From the NCBI GenBank assembly GCA_964016885.1, contig OZ024744.1, forward strand, positions 13,330,001 through 13,394,000: a DNA stretch of 64,000 nt, written 5' to 3'. The notes beneath the pieces were generated by a model that saw nothing but the letters and a program-made list of their open reading frames with translations, searched no databases and had not been told where the DNA came from. Source of the stretch: Eledone cirrhosa. Lineage: Eukaryota. Positions within the stretch are counted from its first letter, which is position 1; each line of letters starts with the position of its first letter. The translations under genes were made by a program, and so were the position numbers. This document shows positions 55,901 to 64,000 of the stretch, piece by piece.

Positions 55901-58900
55901 TTAGTAGATCAGAGAATCACTCCAGTTAAAGCTACTCTCTAAATTGAGAGATCACAACTCCCATACTATAGAAATGGGTTTAGAATGTGTCAGTAGATCA
56001 GAGAGTCACTCCAGTTAAAGCCACTCTCTAAATTGAGAGATCACAACTCCAATACTATGGACATGTGGTTAGAATGTCTCAGTAGATCAGAAAGTCACTC
56101 AAGTTAAAGCCACTCTCTAAATTGAGAGATCACAACTCCAATACTATGGACATGGGGTTTGAAAGTCTCAGTAGATTAGAGTGTCACTCCAGTTAAAGCT
56201 ACTCTCTAAATTGAGAGATCACAACTCCAATACTATGGACATGGGGTTAGAATGTCTCAGTAGATCAGAGTGTCACTCCAGTTAAAGCCACTCTCTAAAT
56301 TAGGGTTCACAACTCCCATACTATGGACATGTTGTTAGAATGTCTCAGTAGATCAGAGAGTCACTCCAGTTAAAGCCACTCTCTAAATTGAGAGATCACA
56401 ACTCCAATACTATGGACATGGGGTTTGAAAGTCTCAGTAGATTAGAGTGTCACTCCAGTTAAAGCTACTCTCTAAATTGAGAGATCACAACTCCAATACT
56501 ATGGACATGGGGTTTGAATGTCTCAGTAGATCAGAGAGTCGCTCAAGTTAAAGCCACTCTCTAAATTGAGAGATCACAACTCCCATACTATGGACATGTG
56601 GTTAGAATGTCTCAGTAGATCAGAGTGTCACTCCAGTTAAAGCTACTCTCTAAATTGAGAGATCACATCTCCCATACTATGGATATGTGGTTAGAATGTC
56701 TCAGTAGATCAGAGAGTCACTCTTGTTAAAGCTACTCTCTAAATTGAGAGATCACAACTCCCATACTATGGACATGTGGTTAGAATGTCTCAGTAGATCA
56801 GAGAATCACTCCAGTTAAAGCTACTCTCTAAATTGAGAGATCACAACTCCAATACTATGGACATGTGGTTAGAATGTCTCAGTAGATCAGAGAGTCTCTC
56901 TTGTTAAAGCTACTCTCTAAATTGAGAGATCACAACTCCATACTATGGACATGGGATTTGAAAGTCTCAGTAGATTAGAGTGTCACTCCAGTTAAAGCCA
57001 CTCTCTAAATTCAGAGATCACAACTCCAACACTATGGACATGGAGTTTGAATGTCTCAGTAGATCAGAGTGTCACTCCAGTTAAAGTTACTCTCTAAATT
57101 GAGAGATCACAACTCCAATAATATGGACATGGGGTTTGAATGTCTCAGTAGATCAGAGAGTCACTCCAGTTAAAGCTACTCTCTAAATTGAGGGATCACA
57201 ACTCCCATACTATGGACATGTTGTTAGAATGTCTCAGTAGATCAGAGAGTCACTCCAGTTAAAGCCACTCTCTAAATTGAGAGATCACAACTCCAATACT
57301 ATGGACATGTGGTTAGAATGTCTCAGTAGATCAGAGAGTCATTCCAGTTAAAGCCACGCTCTAAATTGAGAGATCACAACTCCCATACTATGGACGTGTG
57401 GTTAGAATGTCTCAGTAGATCAGAGAATCACTCCAGTTAAAGCTACTCTCTAAATTGAGAGATCACAACTCCAATACTATGGACATGGGGTTAGAACGTC
57501 TCAGTAGATCAGAGTGTCACTCCAGTTAAAGCCACTCTCTAAATTAGGGTTCACAACTCCCATACTATGGACATGTTGTTAGAATGTCTCAGTAGATCAG
57601 AGAGTCACTCCAGTTAAAGCCACTCTCTAAATTGAGAGATCACAACTCCAATACTATGGACATGGGGTTTGAAAGTCTCAGTAGATTAGAGTGTCACTCC
57701 AGTTAAAGCTACTCTCTAAATTGAGAGATCACAACTCCAATACTATGGACATGGGGTTTGAATGTCTCAGTAGATCAGAGAGTCGCTCAAGTTAAAGCCA
57801 CTCTCTAAATTGAGAGATCACAACTCCCATACTATGGACATGTGGTTAGAATGTCTCAGTAGATCAGAGTGTCACTCCAGTTAAAGCTACTCTCTAAATT
57901 GAGAGATCACATCTCCCATACTATGGATATGTGGTTAGAATGTCTCAGTAGATCAGAGAGTCACTCTTGTTAAAGCTACTCTCTAAATTGAGAGATCACA
58001 ACTCCCATACTATGGACATGTTGTTTAAATGTCTCAGTAGATCAGAGCGTCACTCCAGTTAAAGCTGCTCTCTAAATTGAGAGATCGCAACTCCCATACT
58101 ATGGACATGGGGTTTGAATGTCTCACTAGATCAGAGAGTCACTCCAGTTAAAGCTACTCTCTAAATTGAGAGATCACAACTCCAATACTATGGACATGTG
58201 GTTAGAATGTCTCAGTAGATCAGAGAATCACTCCAGTTAAAGCTACTCTCTAAATTGAGAGATCACATCTCCCATACTATGGACATGTGGTTAGAATGTC
58301 TCAGTAGAACAGAGAGTCTCTCTTGTTAAAGCTACTCTCTAAATTGAGAGATCACAACTCCATACTATGGACATGGGATTTGAAAGTCTCAGTAGATTAG
58401 AGTGTCACTCCAGTTAAAGCCACTCTCTAAATTCAGAGATCACAACTCCAACACTATGGACATGGGGTTTGAATGTCTCAGTAGATCAGAGTGTCACTCC
58501 AGTTAAAGTTACTCTCTAAATTGAGAGATCACAACACCAATAATATGGACATGGGGTTTGAATGTCTCAGTAGATCAGAGAGTCACTCCAGTTAAAGCTA
58601 CTCTCTAAATTGAGAGATCACAACTCCAATACTATGGACATGTGGTTAGAATGTCTCAGTAGATCAGGGAGTCATTCTTGTTAAATCTACTCTCTAAATT
58701 GAGAGATCACAACTCCCATACTATGGACATGAGGTTACAATCTCTCAGTAGATCAGAGAGTCATTCCAGTTAAATCTACACTCTACATTGAGAGATCACA
58801 ACTCCTATACTATGGACATGGGGTTAGAATGTCTCAGTAGATCACAGTGTCACTCCAGTTAAAGCCACTCTCTAAATTGAGGGATCACAACTCCCATACT

Positions 58901-61900
58901 ATGGAAATGTGGTTAGAATGTCTCAGTAGATCAGAGAGTCACTCCAGTTAAAGCCACTCTCTAATTTGAGAGATCACAACTCCAATACTATGGACATGTG
59001 GTTAGAATGTCTCAGTAGATCAGAGAGTCATTCCAGTTAAAGCCACTCTCTAAATTGAGAGATCACCACTCCTATACTATGGACATGTTGTTAGAATGTC
59101 TCAGTAGATCACAGTGTCACTCCAGTTAAAGCCACTCTCTAAATTGAGGGATCACAACTCCCATACTATGGACATGTTGTTAGAATGTCTCAGTAGATCA
59201 GAGAGTCACTCCAGTTAAAGCCACTCTCTAAATTGAGAGATCACAACTCCAATACTATGGACATGTGGTTAGAATGTCTCAGTAGATCAGAGAGTCATTC
59301 CAGTTAAAGCCACGCTCTAAATTGAGAGATCACAACTCCCATACTATGGACGTGTGGTTAGAATGTCTTAGTAGATCAGAGAATCACTCCAGTTAAAGCT
59401 ACTCTCTAAATTGAGAGATCACAACTCCCATACTATAGAAATGGGGTTAGAATGTGTCACTAGATCAGAGAGTCACTCCAGTTAAAGCCACTCTCTAAAT
59501 TGAGAGATCACAACTCCAATACTATGGACATGTGGTTAGAATGTCTCAGTAGATCAGAAAGTCACTCAAGTTAAAGCCACTCTCTAAATTGAGAGATCAC
59601 AACTCCAATACTATGGACATGGGGTTTGAAAGTCTCAGTAGATTAGAGTGTCACTCCAGTTAAAGCTACTCTCTAAATTGAGAGATCACAACTCCAATAC
59701 TATGGACATGGGGTTAGAATGTCTCAGTAGATCAGAGTGTCACTCCAGTTAAAGCCACTCTCTAAATTAGGGTTCACAACTCCCATACTATGGACATGTT
59801 GTTAGAATGTCTCAGTAGATCAGAGAGTCACTCCAGTTAAAGCCACTCTCTAAATTGAGAGATCACAACCCCAATACTATGGACATGGGGTTTGAAAGTC
59901 TCAGTAGATTAGAGTGTCACTCCAGTTAAAGCTACTCTCTAAATTGAGAGATCACAACTCCAATACTATGGACATGGGGTTTGAATGTCTCAGTAGATCA
60001 GAGAGTCGCTCAAGTTAAAGCCACTCTCTAAATTGAGAGATCACAACTCCCATACTATGGACATGTGGTTAGAATGTCTCAGTAGATCAGAGTGTCACTC
60101 CAGTTAAAGCTACTCTCTAAATTGAGAGATCACATCTCCCATACTATGGATATGTGGTTAGAATGTCTCAGTAGATCAGAGAGTCACTCTTGTTAAAGCT
60201 ACTCTCTAAATTGAGAGATCACAACTCCCATACTATGGACATGTGGTTAGAATGTCTCAGTAGATCAGAGAATCACTCCAGTTAAAGCTACTCTCTAAAT
60301 TGAGAGATCACAACTCCAATACTATGGACATGTGGTTAGAATGTCTCAGTAGATCAGAGAATCACTCCAGTTAAAGCTACTCTCTAAATTGAGAGATCAC
60401 ATCTCCCATACTATGGACATGTGGTTAGAATGTCTCAGTAGAACAGAGAGTCTCTCTTGTTAAAGCTACTCTCTAAATTGAGAGATCACAACTCCATACT
60501 ATGGACATGGGATTTGAAAGTCTCAGTAGATTAGAGTGTCACTCCAGTTAAAGCCACTCTCTAAATTCAGAGATCACAACTCCAACACTATGGACATGGG
60601 GTTTGAATGTCTCAGTAGATCAGAGTGTCACTCCAGTTAAAGTTACTCTCTAAATTGAGAGATCACAACTCCAATAATATGGACATGGGGTTTGAATGTC
60701 TCAGTAGATCAGAGAGTCACTCCAGTTAAAGCTACTCTCTAAATTGAGGGATCACAACTCCCATACTATGGACATGTTGTTAGAATGTCTCAGTAGATCA
60801 GAGAGTCACTCCAGTTAAAGCCACTCTCTAAATTGAGAGATCACATCTCCAATACTATGGACATGTTGTTAGAATGTCTCAGTAGATCAGAGAGTCATTC
60901 CAGTTAAAGCCACGCTCTAAATTGAGAGATCACAACTCCCATACTATGGACGTGTGGTTAGAATGTCTCAGTAGATCAGAGAATCACTCCAGTTAAAGCT
61001 ACTCTCTAAATTGAGAGATCACAACTCCAATACTATGGACATGGGGTTAGAACGTCTCAGTAGATCAGAGTGTCACTCCAGTTAAAGCCACTCTCTAAAT
61101 TAGGGTTCACAACTCCCATACTATGGACATGTTGTTAGAATGTCTCAGTAGATCAGAGAGTCACTCCAGTTAAAGCCACTCTCTAAATTGAGAGATCACA
61201 ACTCCAATACTATGGACATGGGGTTTGAAAGTCTCAGTAGATTAGAGTGTCACTCCAGTTAAAGCTACTCTCTAAATTGAGAGATCACAACTCCAATACT
61301 ATGGACATGGGGTTTGAATGTCTCAGTAGATCAGAGAGTCGCTCAAGTTAAAGCCACTCTCTAAATTGAGAGATCACAACTCCCATACTATGGACATGTG
61401 GTTAGAATGTCTCAGTAGATCAGAGTGTCACTCCAGTTAAAGCTACTCTCTAAATTGAGAGATCACATCTCCCATACTATGGATATGTGGTTAGAATGTC
61501 TCAGTAGATCAGAGAGTCACTCTTGTTAAAGCTACTCTCTAAATTGAGAGATCACAACTCCCATACTATGGACATGTTGTTTAAATGTCTCAGTAGATCA
61601 GAGAGTCACTCCAGTTAAAGCTGCTCTCTAAATTGAGAGATCGCAACTCCCATACTATGGACATGGGGTTTGAATGTCTCACTAGATCAGAGAGTCACTC
61701 CAGTTAAAGCTACTCTCTAAATTGAGAGATCACAACTCCAATACTATGGACATGTGGTTAGAATGTCTCAGTAGATCAGAGAATCACTCCAGTTAAAGCT
61801 ACTCTCTAAATTGAGAGATCACATCTCCCATACTATGGACATGTGGTTAGAATGTCTCAGTAGAACAGAGAGTCTCTCTTGTTAAAGCTACTCTCTAAAT

Positions 61901-62620
61901 TGAGAGATCACAACTCCATACTATGGACATGGGATTTGAAAGTCTCAGTAGATTAGAGTGTCACTCCAGTTAAAGCCACTCTCTAAATTCAGAGATCACA
62001 ACTCCAACACTATGGACATGGGGTTTGAATGTCTCAGTAGATCAGAGTGTCACTCCAGTTAAAGTTACTCTCTAAATTGAGAGATCACAACACCAATAAT
62101 ATGGACATGGGGTTTGAATGTCTCAGTAGATCAGAGAGTCACTCCAGTTAAAGCTACTCTCTAAATTGAGAGATCACAACTCCAATACTATTGACATGTG
62201 GTTAGAATGTCTCAGTAGATCAGGGAGTAATTCTTGTTAAATCTACTCTCTAAATTGAGAGATCACAACTCCCATACTATGGACATGAGGTTACAATCTC
62301 TCAGTAGATCAGAGAGTCATTCCAGTTAAATCTACACTCTAAATTGAGAGATCACAACTCCTATATTATGGACATGGGGTTAGAATGTCTCAGTAGATCA
62401 CAGTGTCACTCCAGTTAAAGCCACTCTCTAAATTGAGGGATCACAACTCCCATACTATGGAAATGTGGTTAGAATGTCTCAGTAGATCAGAGAGTCACTC
62501 CAGTTAAAGCCACTCTCTAAATTGAGAGATCACAACTCCAATACTATGGACATGTGGTTAGAATGTCTCAGTAGATCAGAGAGTCATTCCAGTTAAAGCC
62601 ACTCTCTAAATTGAGAGATC
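55570..62620. repeat. Tandem 39/40-monomer HOR pair with an internal 14-monomer duplication
   Basis: CACCACTCCTAT at 55600 and 59067 (3467 = 39x89-4). TGAGGTTAC at 58732 and 62288, and AACACCAAT at 58536 and 62092 (both 3556 = 40x89-4). TTAGGGTT at 56300 and 57544 (1244 = 14x89-2). Confidence 0.86.
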
Positions 62621-64000
62621 ACAACTCCCATACTATTGACGTGTGGTTAGAATGTCTCAGTAGATCAGAGAATCACTCCAGTTAAAGCTACTCTCTAAAT
62701 TGAGAGATCACAACTCCCATACTATGGAAATGTGGTTAGAATGTCTCAGTAGATCAGAGAGTCACTCCAGTTAAAGCCACTCTCTAAATTGAGAGATCAC
62801 AACTCCAATATTATGGACATGGGGTTTGAAAGTCTCAGTAGATTAGAGTGTCACTCCAGTTAAAGCTACTCTCTAAATTGAGAGATCACAACTCCACTAC
62901 TGTGGACATGGGGTTTGAATGTCTCAGTAGATCAAAGAATCACTCCAGTTAAAGCTGCACTCTAAATTGAGAGATCACATCTCCCATACTATGGACATGT
63001 GGTTAGAATGTCTCAGTAGAACAGAGAGTCTCTCTTGTTAAAGCTACTCTCTAAATTGAGAGATCACAACTCCATACTATGGACATGTGGTTAGAATCTC
63101 TCAGTAGATCAGAGAGTCATTCCAGTTAAAGCCACTCTCTAAATTGAGAGATCACAACTCCCATACTATGAACGTGTGGTTAGAATGTCTCAGTAGATCA
63201 GAGAATCACTCCAGTTAAAGCTACTCTCTAAATTGAGAGATCACAACTCCCATACTATGGAAATGTGGTTAGAATGTCTCAGTAGATCAGAGAGTCACTC
63301 CAGTTAAAGGCACTCTCTAAATTGAGAGATCACTACTCCAATACTATGGACATGTGGTTAGAATGTCTCAGTAGATCAGAAAGTCACTCCAGTTAAAGCT
63401 ACACTCTAAATTGAGAGATCACAACTCCAATACTATGGACATGGGGTTAGAATGACTCAGTAGATCAGAGTGTCACTCCAGTTAAAGCCACTCTCTAAAT
63501 TGAGGGATCACAACTCCCATACTATGGACATGTTGTTAGAATGTCTCAGTAGATCAGAGAGTCACTCTTGTTAAAGCTACTCTCTAAATTGAGAGATCAC
63601 AACTCCCATACTATGAACGTGTGGTTAGAATGTCTCAGTAGATCAGAGAATCACTCCAGTTAAAGCCACTCTCTAAATTGAGAGATCACAACTCCAATAC
63701 TATGGACATGGGGTTTGAAAGTCTCAGTAGATTAGAGTGTCACTCCAGTTAAAGCTACTGTCTAAATTGAGAGATCACAACTCCAATACTATGGACATGG
63801 TGTTTGAATGTCTCAGTAGATCAGAGACTCGCTCAAGTTAAAGCCACTCTCTAAATTGAGAGATCACAACTCCAATACTATGGACATGTGGTTAGAATGT
63901 CTCAGTAGATCGGAGTGTTACTCCAGTTAAAGCTACTCTCTAAATTGAGAGATCACATCTCCCATACTATGGACATGTGGTTAGAATGTCTCAGTAGATC

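Larger units (their letters stand above)
1..64000. repeat. Tandem satellite DNA array, 89-bp monomer (88-bp deletion variants), ~720 copies, single orientation, extends past both window ends
   Basis: TAAAGC recurs at 1, 90, 179 and onward with an 89-bp period to the end of the window. Monomers usually differ from consensus by only a few substitutions. Every long-range marker spacing I measured equals n x 89 minus a few bp, consistent with interspersed 88-bp monomers. No unique sequence was seen. Confidence 0.99.

Noticed and set aside
1-64000. CRISPR array (regular period, palindromic repeats)
   Set aside because: There are no unique spacers. The entire 89 bp is repeated with only point variants, and there are no cas genes or leader.
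1-64000. Protein-coding tandem repeat
   Set aside because: 89 is not a multiple of 3. On the + strand, stops at monomer positions 1, 14, 19, 55 and 68 limit consensus open frames to about 36 codons. On the - strand all three frames are closed within each consensus monomer.
1-64000. True 178-bp dimeric unit
   Set aside because: Dimorphic sites (GCC/GCT, CCA/CCC) do not alternate strictly, and many HOR offsets are odd numbers of monomers (71, 69, 47, 57, 53, 39).
1-64000. Hidden insertion, inversion or transposon within the array
   Set aside because: None was seen on reading through. All long-range marker spacings fit whole numbers of 88/89-bp monomers. A very small event could have been missed by eye.

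Overview
The whole 64 kb window is one uninterrupted, head-to-tail satellite DNA array of about 720 copies of an 89-bp monomer (some 88 bp), about 40% GC. Consensus read by eye: TAAAGC(C/T)ACTCTCTAAATTGAGAGATCACAACTCC(A/C)ATACTATGGACATGTGGTTAGAATGTCTCAGTAGATCAGAGAGTCACTCCAGT. I see no genes, RNA genes, CRISPR spacers, transposon insertions or inversions. It looks like a eukaryotic centromeric or pericentromeric-type satellite, but I cannot name the family or the organism. The interesting structure is internal. (1) Higher-order repeats (HORs) are layered and vary in length, with marker-to-marker periods of 71/69, 28/29/14, 47/64/57, 40/53/55, 28/80 and 39/40/14 monomers. (2) These HORs are built by reshuffling a few fixed multi-monomer modules. 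(3) The monomer is tiled by quasi-palindromes, and many recurrent variants make those palindromes more perfect. All coordinates and periods were counted by hand from diagnostic variants, so block edges are approximate.
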